DNA of 64,000 nt from Phyllobates terribilis (Eukaryota). The stretch is taken from contig NW_027362762.1 in assembly GCF_046119375.1 (NCBI RefSeq), positions 858,390,001 to 858,454,000 on the forward strand, in the 5' to 3' direction. Made by a program: the position numbers and the translations under genes. Below, one piece after another: positions 33,483 through 47,553 of the stretch. Positions within the stretch are counted from its first letter, which is position 1. Every line of letters begins with the position of its first letter. The notes below the pieces were generated by a model. The model was not told where the DNA came from. It made no database searches and saw nothing but the letters and a program-made list of their open reading frames with translations.

Positions 33483-34699
33483 CCTATTAATAAAAAAAGA
33501 CTAGACAAGTTTAGTTTGGATAAAGAATAGGCTCACGAGGCACGAGGTTTATTAAAGGTTACTTAAAACATATTATCAAGTCAATAAATATTAAAAACTA
33601 TGGAATAAATTAATCAGTCAGTAATCAAATAAATAATCAGCTTTGACTATCAAAAATGGACCAAGTCCTCCCAGCCTTAGCCGACTAATAGGCATCGCAA
33701 CAAAAAGAGAGTGGGTTAGCAGGATGCTGGTGACTTGCTGTGCACGGACTACCCCAGACTTTGGTGAATTTAGAACTTTCATGCAGAAATATTCCCGCCG
33801 CTGGCACTTCTTCACCAATTAGGATAAAGATGCATCTTCCTGCGCAAACAACAGAATTTTCCAAAACCTGCTCGTGGAGAACCACAGCTGAAAGAACATT
33901 GACTCTCAATTAATAAGTACCATTGCGGGAAAGAGTAGGAGGGGAAAACATAAAGGAAAGGGGGGCACAAATACAGCCAAAATATAGCTAAAATTCTTAA
34001 ATATAGAATATAGTGTCCCCCATGCCCACTCTGTGTCCCTCATGCTAACCATTCTGGGGGGCTCTTGGCATTAGTGTCTTACCAGACCTTACTCCTGTTA
34101 TCTGAATGATCTGTTCACACAATATTTTTGCCTATTTGACTCTACAGACGAAGTACCACCCATTACCAGGTCCTGGAGGGTCCTGTGCCCAACTTCTGCT
34201 ACCTCATCTGAAAGAATCCACTTATTGCGTTGGATTTACACTACTTAAATACAAGGACTTCTATATGTGCCTTTTTAGTGGACTCTAAGGAGAGGGGGAT
34301 TGACAATGACAGATCAAGTTTTGCCTCACTAAGCTCTCACATCTCACAGAACACAATACAGCTAGCTGGCTTCCTCGGGCGTTGGTCGTCACATAGAGGA
34401 ACTCTGTCATTGATCCTTCACTCCTTACTGAAACTGGTCCTATTGAATGCTTCCTATCCCTTACTCCTCCAATATCTGAGGTGGCTACGATACAGGAGAC
34501 CATGGCTTCTCTCTCTTCTTCTCAGTTGCTTCTGGAACCGATGTCTTGCCCTGCTTAAACATCTGACCTAGTGAATAATATTGGCCCCACTATGTCAACC
34601 CCTGATATGCCCAACCAAATCCAACATCCAATTCCTATAAAAAATGGCAAAGAACCTCTCCAACACAATGGAAGACTGGGACTGGAAAGATACGCCTAC

Positions 34700-35060
34700 T
34701 AAACAGGACATAGAAGGAGGATTGAAGCATCTCAGAAAAAAGACATGGAAAACCTAAAGAGAGAAATAAATATGTGGGTCAGAGAGTCAGTGATATAGAA
34801 GAGGCACAAGACCACATGTCAAAGATTCTGGAGTTACACAAGACAGTCATTCAGGAGCGTTCCTCACAAATTGCAGACATTGTCCTACACCTCAATGATA
34901 ACGAAAATACACACAGGAGGCTATCAGAAGAAATTGGAGCAGTGCAAATGGAGGAATGGGCACAGAAGTATTTTTGGCGAGTGCTGAGAAAATCTCACCC
35001 AATCGAAAAAGAAGTCATAGAGCTCTGCCCCCAAAGCCGACAGACCCATCTATTGCTATA
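34700..35060 (+). pseudogene. Degraded L1 ORF1 fragment
   Basis: GQRVSDIEEAQ...HLNDNENTHRR resembles the coiled coil leading to the LEDxENRxRRNN motif of amphibian L1 ORF1p. Confidence 0.55.
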
Positions 35061-35769
35061 AAAAAAAGAGCAATAGTGCTCCTCTAAGTTAGTATATCTC
35101 ACAATAATAAGGTGATACGAAAACATAGTGCTCACCTGTATGAGTTGTGCTAGGGTTTTGGCACAGCTCTAATGAAACTTATTAGATCCTTTCCTAGCTG
35201 AACCTCAGTAAAATAAGAGAAAAGTGACAAAATGAGGTAGCTGGGTGCCAAGGATGGTGGAAGATGGATAAGTATTGGCCATGGATTCAAACAAAAATAT
35301 TATATTGATAACAGGCAACACATTTCAAAAGTGGACTGCTATCCTCCTCAGACCCCATGAAGAAAGGCCCCAAGAAATGTGGGACACACAAATTATCAGT
35401 TTCCTGTAGGCTACAGGAACTCAACTACTTTTACATTGGTGACCTATTCTTAGGATATGTCATCAATGTCTGATAGGCCGGGGTCTGACACCCGGCACCT
35501 CGCTGATTAGCTGTAATTGGAAGTACTCACTTACCGAGCTGTCCGTCTACTATTAGTGGCCGTGGCTTGGTACTGTACATCCACCTTCTATTCAAAACAA
35601 TAGGAGGTGGATGTGTAGTACCCTGTAGCGGCCAATACAACTAGACAGAGCAGCTCGGTAAGTGAGTACTTCCGGCCGCTGATAGCAGCTGATGGGTGGG
35701 TGGTGACATCAGACATTGATGACCTATCCCAAGGATAGGTCATCAGTGTAAAAGTAGTGCACAACCTCT

Positions 35770-35890
35770 TTAAGATTCTCTCACAATGGTACAAGACCCC
35801 TGCAAAATTACATAAAATGTTCCCATCATTCTCGCACTTGTGTTGACGGTGGGCTTCAGCCTCAGGTTCAATTTTATATGTCATGTGGAG
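35770..35890 (+). pseudogene. Degraded L1 ORF2 C-terminal fragment
   Basis: KILSQWYKTPAKLHKMFPSFSHLC*R resembles the K..RWY.TP..L.K..P....CWRC region. Confidence 0.6.
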
Positions 35891-36629
35891 CTGATCTCCT
35901 ATATGTCTATTATGGTAGGAGATCTCTTGACTGTTGCACTAACCTCCAAATGATCCCTGATGTTCCATGCTCCCCGGATCCATTTCTACTAATTAAAAGG
36001 GGTGTACTGAGGAACTTTATACTTGCAATCACGGCCACCATCAGGGCATTACTGCCCTTACTGTTGTATGGGGCCCGGTGAGCAGAAGGAAAGAGGGGGA
36101 TTTGTGCTTCTGCTCACCGGACCCCAGGGTATAATATACATTGAACATTTCATCGCAGGGAGCTTTCCTGCTTGGTGCTGCACAGACGTCAATACAGAAC
36201 AGTCGCGCATCTCCAGGGCTTCCTCCGCCTCGTCTGTGATGCGATGGTGATGGCGCATACACGATGACATAATTGCGTACACGTGCCACTCGCCAGAAGC
36301 AAATGATTATGAATAGATGGTGAATGGTGAACAGCAAATGGTGATGAATTGAGACTGGGGGGTGGGGAACAGCAAATGGTGGTGACTTGAGGGAGGGGGA
36401 GAGCAAATGATGATGAATTGAGGGGGGGGTCCTGTTACTGTGCAGGGCAGCACTATGTCGCTTTTTCCTTCATCTGGAGTAGTGTAGAAGTTGAGGAAAA
36501 AGAGGGGAAAGTGCTCTGAAAGCAGTGCTCTAGATAACTGTGATATTTTATGCAGAGACGAGTCCTGGCTGCAAGAACTGATGGCAGTCTGCGCAGGATT
36601 AAGAAAAGCGAACATGAAGGACTTCAACT

Positions 36630-37100
36630 AGAGATGTCACTGGTGAGGTAGTGTGTTACCTGTACACTGACACTATACACTATATAGAGTATACAGAGCT
36701 CTTGTGTATGATGTAACTGGTGATCACTGTATTACCTATACACTGACACTATATAAAGAGCTCCTGTGTATTATGGCACCAGTGATCACTGTATTATCTG
36801 TACACTGACACTATATACAGAGCTCCTGTGTAAAATGTCACTGGTGATCACTATATTACCTGTACACTGACACTATATAAAGAGCTCCTGTGTATTATGT
36901 CACTGGTGATCACTGTATTATCTGTACACTGACACTATATACAGAGCTCCTGTGTGTAATGTCACTGGTGATCACTATATTACCTCTTCACTGACACTAT
37001 ATACAGAGCTCCTGTGTATAATGTCACTGGTGAGTCCCTATATTACTTGTACACTTAAACTATACACTGTATACTATGTACAGAGCTCCTGTGCACTAAT
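36630..37100. repeat. 62-bp minisatellite
   Basis: atacagagctcctgtgtataatgtcactggtgatcactgtattacctgtacactgacactat, about 7 copies. Confidence 0.9.
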
Positions 37101-38198
37101 GGCATTAGAATTGTGTTTTTTTTATTAATGATCAGTATTGTAGTATTCGGTCACTATATGGTGATGTGTGGTCTGGTCTTGGTGTGGCGGTATTTGTCCC
37201 CTGTATGTGGTATTATTTGGTTACTATGTGGTGGTAATATGCGGTCCGGCCATGGTGTGACAGTATTTGTCTCTTGTATGTGGTATTATTGATCATTTTA
37301 AAAAATGTATATGTCACATTCCTTTAAAGAAAAATAAATAAAAACATACCTAAAAAGAGTATTGGATAATTTAATAATTAATAGGTTAGAGTAGAGTAGG
37401 ACCCAGCCAAAAGAGTCTACCTTGTTGTGGTAGCAGGCTGAAAAAATCTTTTGGCAAATTGAAAGCTGATGGCTATGTATGTGATACGGTGTTCTATGGG
37501 AACTGTTAATGTGTGATTGGTGAGGACGTGGTGCAAAAGTGGAGTTTTTCCAAGAGTGGGTGGTGGGATTGTGGAAGGTTCAAGGGATGGAGGTGGAGCT
37601 GGGGTGGAGGCGGAGCTGTGGTGGAGCCTGCAACATTTTCAAGGGGGCCCGAAAATGTTGCCAGTATGTGGCACTGAAATTCCTGGTGGCAGCCCTGGGG
37701 GTCATCATATTATGTGGGGGATTGTAGAGGTATCAGTCAGATTATTACTTTTTAGAAGCACTCAGGGGACTATATTAAATGGTAAAGGGAACCTGTCACC
37801 AGCAAAAATGCTATGAACCTGCAGATATGGGGTTAATCTGCAGGTTAGTCCGGTGCCTGCACTTAGCCAAACACTGCAGGGAGAAATGTAACTTTATTCT
37901 CCCCGACAGCATTCGGTTTCAGTCTCTATCTATTATCTGTCTCTATTATTTAGCTCTATAGATCCAACAGAAAAAAAGAGACTCTATTCTCCAATGATTA
38001 TTGTAAAAATTCTTTACTGATACATCAATTCAAATGGATATACATATTAAAACCATTTAAAAAGAGAAAATAGGGGAATGTGTAGGATGGAAAAAGAAAC
38101 CCACAATATACCAGGGCACAATATAAAAACATTGTTGTCAATTATAACTAAAATTTACAACAAAATACAATCTACATATACCTGAAGAAGTAGAGTAA

Positions 38199-39452
38199 GG
38201 CTGTGTTCACACGATGCGTATTTCATGCGTTTCCGCGGCGTTTTTGCAGTTGCGTAAACGCCGCGGAAACGCATGAAAAACGCATGGTAGAAGGGAAGCA
38301 ATGTTCCCCAATGGAAATCCGCATGTGCTGTGCCCATGATGCGGATTTTTCCGCAGCGTTAAGGCTATGTGCCCACGTTGCATTTATGAAGCAGAAAATT
38401 TCTGCTTCATTTCTGCAAGTCCTCTCCCGGAAAAACGCATGCGGAATTCCGCACGCGTTTATCGCGCATTTTTCGCGCGTTTATCACACGTTTTCCACAT
38501 GCGGAATTGCCTTGCGTTTTTTATGCATTGGACAAAGGCAATTCTGCATGCGGAAACGCAAAATTAAATGACATGCTGCGGATTTTTGAACGCAGCATAA
38601 ACGCTGCGGAAAAATCCGCAGCATGTGCATAGAACTTGCGGAATCCCATTGGGGACCATGGGGTGCGGGTTACCAAGCGTTTTACAAGCGTTTCCGCTGC
38701 GGAAATTCCGCATCAAAAACGCTTGAAAAACGCTACGTGGGCACACAGCCTAACGCTACGGTCAAAAATCTGCAGCATGTCAATTAATTTTGCGGAAACG
38801 CGGCGAAAACGCCGCCATTGACTTGCATTAGAACGCGCCAATTCCGCAAGACTGCATCTGTACTTGCGTAATTGGTGCGTTCTAATGTGCGGATGGTACC
38901 CGGGTGTGGAGGAGAGGAGAGTCTCATCCACACCCAGGTACCATTAAAAAAGCTGTAAAATAAGAATAAAATAAAAAATAAATGTATTCTTACCTTCTGT
39001 CGGCCCGCGCTGCGCTCCCGCTTGGTTCCCGGCACTTGCAGTGAGTTGTAGGACCTGCGGTGACGTCAGAGTCATGTGACGGGTCACGTGACGCTGACGT
39101 TGGCAGGTCTTTCAATTCAAAGTTGCCGGCGAGGGAGAACAGATTGAGCAGGACAGCGCGGGCCATCGGAGGTAAGTATATACACTCTCTCGGTTCACAC
39201 TGTATAAATCCATGCTGTTTGCATGGATTTATATAGTGTGACCTAGTTATCAAGCACTTTCCAGGTGATGCTAACATCGCCTGGAAAGCGCTTGTCAATC
39301 TGCATGCGGAAACACATGTGAATCTGCATGTGGATCCGCATGTATTCTGCAGGAAAAACGCATGCACAATCTGCATGCGTTTTTTCTGCCAGGGAGATGC
39401 AGAAATGATGCAGAAATTTTCTGCTTCATTTCTGCATCGTGTGCACATACCC
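38199..39452. mobile_element. PIF/Harbinger-type MITE
   Basis: TAA TSD, GGCTGTGTTCACAC / GTGTGCACATACCC ends; reverse-complement homology to 12387-15698. Confidence 0.75.
38363..38750. mobile_element. Harbinger-type MITE nested in a related MITE
   Basis: TAA TSD, TIRs GGCTATGTGCCCACGT / ACGTGGGCACACAGCC. Confidence 0.75.
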
Positions 39453-40579
39453 TAAATCAACAGTTTTTAGTCCAATCAAGGTAAATTGTCGCCATACATA
39501 AGCAATAGAAAATCAAAACAGGCCATCCAAGTGTCCCAAAGGAGGAAAATGGAAAGAACCATGAGAAAACAAAAGTCAAATATAAATGTTATTAATGACA
39601 GATAAAATACATATTAAAATAGGTGCCTCTCATGTGAGGGACTAGCCTGACCACAAGCCAGATTGTCGAAAAAAGTACAGAAAGATTCAACTATCACTGG
39701 GACACTCGGAGTGCGGCGGACAGGTGAATATGAGGCGTTTTTATTTTAATATCAATTTATTTTTACTTTTTTTTTTTCACACTGCGCACAGACGCCGACT
39801 GAGGAGACTACTTAGCTATTATCAGCGGGAGCGGCCGTAGGATGATGGGGGGAGTAGTGTCCCGCGGGCAATTCTTTGTGTGTTTTTGACTCATTGACTT
39901 GAATTGAGTCAGTTAAATACACAGCAAACATCCGCAGCAAATATATTTATACCTGTGTTTTTGCTGTGGATTTGACTGACTAAATTGAAGTCAATGGGTG
40001 AAAAACGCTGCATAAACGCTACGAAGAATTGACATACTGTAGATTTAAACGCAATGATAATCCTGACAGGACAATTCCTGATCATGTGCACAGCACTTCA
40101 GGATTGTCATTGCATTAGCTGGCACACGGGTTACCTAGCGTTTTTGGCTCATTTCCACGAGGAAAAAGACGCTGCGAAAACGCACCAGAAACGCATTGTG
40201 TGCACATAGCCTAAATATAAGATGGAAAGGTCTACACACATAGAATATAATTAACATTTAAATAATGGACGGCAGTGTGATGCATAGAGTAAATAGATAT
40301 ACCATGTATGTAGAAAAACAAAAGAAAGAAAACAGGGTCCGTGCAAATAATGGTGTGACAGTATGGGAGTCTCACAAAGGGAGAACTAAGCCAGTGCAAA
40401 CAAATGAGCAGATCGAGGTGCAAAATCAAATAACAGACACATGTAACCATTATAATATATTTAATACACGTGTAAACAACGCAGGAGAATAGTTACCATA
40501 TGAATGTGCCTCAGGGGGCATTGGACTATCATATTGACCCTAAGGCAAAATAGGTTATTATCTATCTATCTATATTATC

Positions 40580-41010
40580 TATCTCATCACCACATTTAGT
40601 AATGGGGCAGCAGAAGTGAAACAAATTCTTCAAAAGTACTGGCCTACCCTGGAGATGGATGGGGATATTGTTCCTTTCTTTGGGGGGGTATCCGCATATC
40701 ACCTATAGGAAGGGACGCTCGTTGCGTGACAGATTGGTGTGGAGCCACTATCTAGCACCAGCGAGTGAGTCTTGGTTGAAATCAGACCTTAAGGGCTGTT
40801 TTAGGTGTGGCAACTGCATAAATTGCCTTTCCGTTGAAAACATTAAAGTCTTTAGAGGTCCCAATGTTGACAGAGAATTTATCATCAGGGATTTCATTAA
40901 CTGCCGAACGCAGGGAGTTATTTATAGAGGTGTATGCCAATGCGGCCTGGAATACATAGGCAAGACCATACGTGAATTGAGGCGTAGGATTGGTGAGCAC
41001 CTAGGTGACA
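40580..41010 (+). pseudogene. Penelope-like element fragment (linker plus GIY-YIG endonuclease)
   Basis: ITTFS...ILQKYWPTL (frameshift) P.ITYRKGRSLRDRLV...C..C.NC...INCRTQGVIY...C.CGLEYIGKT.R.LR.RI.EH. Confidence 0.8.
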
Positions 41011-41561
41011 TTGAACAGGTGAGGGGGAGATTGGGACCGCCTATTACTGCAAAAGGAGACAAGGTGGATCTTTGTGTTGAAAACCGTGTCTCCGCGGGGT
41101 TTGAATGAGCGGCTGACATACAGATGCTTCATATAAATTATGCTTTTTGCCTGCAGTTTTTAACTCAACCTATATACCTCATTTTTGTTTGTCCTTTATT
41201 CTACTTTTTGCAAGTGAACCAATACTATTGGACATTGATCCTGGGAACACCTCCACCTGAGTTTCCTTTTCTAACTTATGGAACACCATCCTGACATATT
41301 GTGCCATGTACTTGCATTACAGCTGCCTGGGGCTGTTGTTGTGGGCTCTTATTATTGGGCCATTGTGGAGTGCACAGTGTGTTTAGGAGCGAGGGTGTTC
41401 TATAATGATGCATCTTGAAATGCATCTTGCGGTCCAGCGCACCAGAAGCGACATGGGTGGGCGCTCATAGTGATGCGCTCTCTTGGAAGTGTACTTGCCA
41501 TTACCTAAAGTACAACCCAGATAGAGGGTGCCCAGCCCTGTGTTCTACAGTTCTTTGTGCC

Positions 41562-41618
41562 AGTCCCCTGATGACTCAAGATTTTTGAAGAAACGCGACC
41601 GGAGGCGCATAGGGTCAG
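41562..41618 (+). ncRNA. Degenerate minimal hammerhead-ribozyme-like motif downstream of the PLE fragment
   Basis: ccc CTGATGA c TCAA-gattt-TTGA a GAAA CGC...GCG...ggg; core boxes present, but the stem III / cleavage triplet is imperfect. Confidence 0.4.
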
Positions 41619-42561
41619 TTCAGGGCTGTCCAGATTTAAAGGGTCAGCTGTGGACTGCCCCTGTAAGGGCGGGAGTCTTGGGGTCTGAAGGGTCAGTCAA
41701 GTTAATAGGGACTGACAGGGAGAAGTCAACCCCTTGGACTCGATGATATGGGCCTTTATGGATGAAGATCTTTTGGAGGAACTCTGAGACCAACGAATTT
41801 GGTGAGATCTTTCCTTTTATCCATCTGCCCTATCGTACATAATTGTTTCTGAACTTTATTGTCTGGTCCTGTTAAAACATGTTATATATATATACTGTAT
41901 ATAGGTATTTACTGATGCCTTTGACACTTTTTGACTACTGTCAGGTTATGATCCTATACGGGGACATTGGCAATTTTTTCAGTTTTTAATATATCTGTTA
42001 TGTGTATTGTCAATTTTGTATTGAGGATTGCCAAAAATCTTTTATTCTTGGCAGTAAAAGTTAAGTTTTAAATCCACTATAGCTGCTATATATATTATCT
42101 ATCTCTATAGCATTCGCTGCTGGGTTATTATCTATCTCTATAGCATTCGCTGCTGTCTAAAAACACATGCAAAAAACGCTACAAAAAAAGGAGCAAATCC
42201 TCAATTATTTTTAGACCTGCATTTTATAGCATTTTTGCTGATTTCATTAAAGTCAATGGTTAAAAAAAACACTGCAAAAATTAGAAAGAATTGACATGCT
42301 GCAGATCTGAACCTGCACCAAATCTGCAAGTCACAAATAAGCAACGTGTGCATGAGACTTCAGGATTCTCTTTCAGGATTTGTGACTAATCCGTGCTGCA
42401 AAAACGCGACATGCACACAGCCTAATACAAACATCCAGCCACCACTAGGGGGATCCCACTGCCTATTGATCACATTTGAATTCCCCGGTTATCTCAGCAC
42501 TGCTACTCTGGTGGTACCAGCTGGTCTTAGTTCGCTTTGCTGTGCAATCATGTGTTGTACG

Positions 42562-44239
42562 AAGGGCCGGCGTCAGCTCCCGGCGCACCCGGGCAAATGC
42601 CGGGGCCCTGAGCAGGCAGAGGGGCCCACTGGCGGTCGCGCACCCCGCTGAGCTATGGGCGGAGGAGAGCGGTGTCAGCGCCCGCCCTTCTCCGCCGCTT
42701 GCTCAGTGCCCCGGCAGCCGGATACTTACCTCTCCCCGTGCCTCCGCAGATCCGCTGTCTTCCTGCTCTGCGCTCCCTGTGACGTCTCAGGTCAGAGGGC
42801 GCGGTGACGCCTTTACACCGCGTCCTCCCCTGAGCCGTCACAGGGAGCGCAGAGCAGGAAGACGCCGACAACGCTGGAGTTCGGACCCGAGCAGCGGGCA
42901 GCGGGCAGCAGGTAGCAGGTGAGAAGGAGGGAGGTGAGTATTTGATTTTTTTTTTTTTAATGTATGGAGGCATTGGGCAGTATAAAGAGAAGGGTGGGGG
43001 CATCCTGCATGGGCCATTATAAAGAGAGGGGGGACATCCTGCATGGGGCATTATAAAGAGAGGGGGGACATCCTGCATGGGGCATTATAAAGAGGGCGGG
43101 GGGGTGACATCCTGCATGGGGCATTATAAGGTGGGGAACAGCCTGCATGGGGCATTATAAAGGGGGGGGGCAGCCTGTATGGGGCATTATGTGGGGGGTA
43201 ACAGCCTGCATGGAGCATTAAAAGGGGGGGGGGCTGTATGGGGCATTATGTGGGGGGAACAGCCTGCATGGAGCATTATAAGGGGGGGGGGGCAGCCTGT
43301 ATGGAGGATTATGTGGGGGGTAACAGCCTGCATGGAGCATTAAAAGGGGGGACAGCCTGTATGGGGCATTATGTGGGGGGTAAAAGCCTGCATGCAGCAT
43401 TATATGGGGGCCAGTATCCTGTATGGAGCGTTATAAGGGGACCGGTATCCTGTATGGAGCGTTATAAGGGGACCAGTATCCTGTATGGAGCGTTATATGG
43501 GGGCCAGTATTCTGTATGGAACCTTATATGGGGGCCAGTATTCTGTATGGAACCCTATATGGGGGCCAGTATTCCGTATGGAGCCTTATATGGAGGCCAG
43601 TATTCCGTATGGAGCCTTATATGGGGGCCAGTATTCCGTATGGAGCCTTATATGGGGGCCAGTATTCTGTATGGAACCTTATATGGGGGCCAGTATTCCG
43701 TATGGGGCCTTATATGGGGGCCAGTATTCCGTATGGAGCCTTATATGGGGGCCAGTATTCCGTATGGAGCCTTATATGGGGGCCAGTATTCCGCATGGAG
43801 CCTTATATGGGGGTCAGTATTCCGCATGGAGCCTTATATGGGGGTCAGTATTCCGCATGGAGCCTTATATGGGGGCCAGTATTCCTTATGGGGCCTTATA
43901 TGGGGGCCAGTATTCCGTATGGGGCCTTATATGGGGGCTAGTATTCCGTATGGGGCCTTATATGGGGGCCAGTATTCCGTATGAAGCATTATATGGGGGC
44001 CAGTATTCCGTATGGAGCCTTATATGGGGGCCACTATTCTGTGTGGAGCGATTCACCGGTTTCTGAGCTATTGTGGAATTTACAATAGATATCACTCATG
44101 TAATGTAAGAAGTGAAATCTTTGCATTGTACTATATATATTTCTCCGCCGTATCTCTGCATCATGAATCGTGGTATGTGTTAAAGGGGCCCACTGAGACT
44201 CTTTCACCCGGGGCCCAGAAAAACCTGGAGCCGGCCCTG
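42562..44239. mobile_element. Non-autonomous hAT element with internal ~31-bp minisatellites (42990-44035)
   Basis: TIRs (A)AGGGCCGGC / GCCGGCCCTG; exact 8-bp TSD GTTGTACG. Confidence 0.85.
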
Positions 44240-44689
44240 GTTGTACGGCCACATTAGTGCTGGAGCCAATCACTGAACACAGCGATGATGCTAGTATGTA
44301 CGGAACAAAATTGCTGAGCCCAGTGTTGCAGTGAAGTAAACAAAGATCAGAGGAGACCACGGGAGCAGCAGGGAATTGAGTCATCTGTACATAGAAATCA
44401 TGGGGCCCCATAGCAGAAGTTCTAATTGTACCCCCCACCCGCCTCAAAAAATAAAAATAATAATAATAACAATCAGCGGGATCACAGAAGAGCCATCTCA
44501 CAAATTTGCGAGATACAGTAGGAGGAAAATTACTATTGAAGCCCTTAGATTCCCCTTTCATTGCCCCATAAAGTATGTTGCCAACAAAAGTGCCCCCCCA
44601 AAACACTGCAATACCCTTCAGTGAATTCCTCCTCACGCACGGCATGAGGGCCCTACTGTACATCCCCGCCCACCAACCATCTTCCACCC

Positions 44690-46145
44690 GGCAAAGAATG
44701 GTGGCCCCAACACAGTAAGAAGTCCCAACTGTGACACTCACACAGCCCTCCATACAGTATAATGGGCCTCCACACAGTATAATGGCCCCCACAACCGGCC
44801 ACACAGTATGATAGCCCCAATACAATCCTCCACACTGTATAATTGCGCCTACTAGCCCTCCACACAGTATGATGGACCCTACACAAACCTTCACACTGTA
44901 TAACTGCACAAATATAATAGACCCCACATAGCCCTGCAAATAGTATAATGGCCCCTATATAGCCCTGCAAACAGTGTAATGGTCACCACTCAGCCCAGAA
45001 AAAAGTATAAAGGCTCCAACATAGCTATCCATATAGTATAATGGCCCTCACATAGCCTTCCAAATGTTGTAATTGCCCCTACATAACCCTCCAAATAGTA
45101 TAATGGGCCCCACATAGCTCTTAAAATATTATAATGGCCCCTACACAGCCTTCCATCTAATATATATATAATTGTCTTATCCTTTCAGTCTGTCTGTCCA
45201 GGAAATCCCGCTTCGCTCATTGGTCCGGCCGCTGTCTGTCCAGGAAATCCCGCGTCGCTCATTGGTCCGGCCGCGGCCAATCAGCGACACGGGATTTCAG
45301 AAAAAAAGATGGCGGCCGTTAGCGGCTCATCTGCCACACGGAGGTCAGCGGCGATGCAGCCGGGAGATGAGCGGCGCTAACAGCAGAACTACCCCGACGG
45401 GCGGCGCCGCTGACCTCCATGCGGCTAACGTCGGGAGATCAGCGGCTTGGCCCGCTGATCTCCCGACGGCAAGTGTGAACGGAGGACCGGGGAGCGGCGC
45501 CGCCGGTCCGGATACTTCTGCTGCGAGCAGCCAGTCATCTCCCAGCTGCTCGCAGCGGAAGTACCCACACAAGCAGCACCGCTCCCTGGTCCTCACTAAT
45601 ACGACGCTGATTGGTCGCTGCCGCTGGCCGCGACCAATCAGCGATATTGGCGCTAAGTTTAAATACCGCTGTGCGGATTGGTCGCGGCAGCCGCCCGCAA
45701 CCAATCAGCAGTATTGGCCCCAAATGTAAACCCCGCTCTGCTGATTGGTCGCGGTTGCCGGCCGCTACTAATCAGCATTATTGGCGCCAAATGTAAACAC
45801 CGCTCTGCTGATTGGTCACGTTCGCTGGCCGCGACCAATCAGCGATATAGGAGCCAAATTTAAACACCGCTTTGCTGATTGCGCCCGGTCGGCCGCATAC
45901 ATATTCTAGAATACCCGATGCGTTTGAATTTGGCCACCATCTAGTATAGTATAATGGGCCCCACATAGTCCTCTATATAGTATAATAGGCCCCACGTTGC
46001 CTTCCATACAGTATAATGGCCACCACATAGCCCTCCATATAGTATAATGGGCCCCACATAGTCCTCTATATAGTATAATGGGCCCCACGTTGCCTTCCAT
46101 ACAGTATAATGGGCCCCACATAGTCCTCCATACAGTATAATGGAC
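44690..46145. repeat. 31-bp minisatellite (cagtataatgggccccacatagtcctccata) split by a Helitron
   Basis: Tandem units on both sides of 45156-45944; reverse-complement relative of the 10680-11430 array. Confidence 0.85.
45156..45944 (+). mobile_element. Non-autonomous Helitron
   Basis: Begins TC, ends CTAG, inserted between A and T of the host repeat unit (ttccA|Tatagtataat) with no TSD. Confidence 0.8.
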
Positions 46146-46309
46146 CCCACATGAGACATCAGACATAGAGGGAGAATGATGGCGGAGGGAATGTCAGCTG
46201 AGCCTCCCTCCTCCATCATTGCTTTCAACTCTATCGGCATTCAGGATGTTTCTGACATGCTGCAGTGTTTCAGATAAAACATTTTTTGTAAAGCCGTCCG
46301 GGGACTATG

Positions 46310-47276
46310 TGTGACGCTCGCAAGCCCTGCCCTGGGAAGATGGGGGATACTCGGAGCCGGTTCAGATGTTGAGGGGGATGCAGCCGTGGCCCGGACCCGT
46401 TCCGTGCCCAGGACCGTCACATTAAAAATGATGTTAGGGCTTTCCGGGTTGAGTGGTAATTGTCGACTACGCCACCTGTGGTGTCTGGTGAAGGGCCACC
46501 AGCACCGCTAGCAGTCCGCTGAGGCCCGTTGTCATTGCGGCTAAAGTTCTCGCTGCTCCCCACAGGCGGAGCGTGGCCTCAGGGCAGGCACGGCAGGATA
46601 GAGGAGGGTTAGTAGTGCGGGGAGTAAGGGCACCGCGTCGCGTGGTATGGCACGTAATGAACAGTCCGGAGGCCATAGGGATGAACTTCCAAGGCTTTTC
46701 TCACAGTTCTCTCTCAAGCAGCGCAAGGCTTCTCCCTGCTCCTCGCGGAGTCCTGCGGCCACCAGGGACGGGGGTCCGACTACCTCCGAGGAAGTCCAGT
46801 GTGAGGTAGCATCCCTACACCAGAGTGTTCCTGCACTACAGACTTTACCCTTTCCCGTCTGTGCGTGTGTAGATAGGCCGGGTCTCCCTCTGAGCTCCTC
46901 TCAGGTGTAGGGCTCGGGTGGCAATTCCTCTCCATCCGAAGCCCAGCGGGATCCTCAGGGCCTAACCGGGCTTTCCCGTCCTGGACGTAGAGTACAAGGT
47001 CAGGGGCCGGTACCCCTCTTGCAGCCGGAATCCCTCTGAATATATCAGGTAGGCGAGGACAGGTGGCGTGCTCCGCTCCGTCTGCATCCTCCCCGGGACC
47101 CATTTGCTAGCGAGCCACACTCTAAAGCTCCCGGGCCTTCTTGATCCTGGTCCTTGGCCGGGTTGAGACATTCCTTGTCTGCAACCTTCCTCTCGTCCCA
47201 TAGATCGGGGTACGAGAGCTGTGTCCCATGCCGGTGCAGGCCCACACAGAATCTGCGCTCCCGGAGGGAAGTCACA
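46310..47276 (-). mobile_element. Divergent LTR of the tRNA-Ser LTR family (no matching TSD)
   Basis: TGTGAC...GTCACA ends; internal GTCGACTACGCCACCTGTGG motif about 155 nt from the U5 end as in the other LTRs; flanks TATG/TTAC differ. Confidence 0.6.
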
Positions 47277-47553
47277 TTACACACAGTATTTTGACAGCAC
47301 AATACGACCACTTGACAGACACACTGTCAGAGACCAGAGAACAGACGGACCAAGATCAAAGATCGCATACTATTAAATATGAAATTTGAAGTGTACTAAC
47401 TAACTGTTCCTCCACCCACACCCACTAACTGGTTCCTACCACTTTGTGTTCCCCAGTATCCCTGTAACCAGGGGAGCAGCACTAGTGCAAAATAGCTCCC
47501 TCTGGTGAAATGTGGTGTTGGATGCAAAAGGCTAGGTCACTACCATCACACTG

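Noticed and set aside
35300-35352. Minus-strand hammerhead-like remnant (CTGAGGA...GAAA)
   Set aside because: Stems do not pair convincingly.
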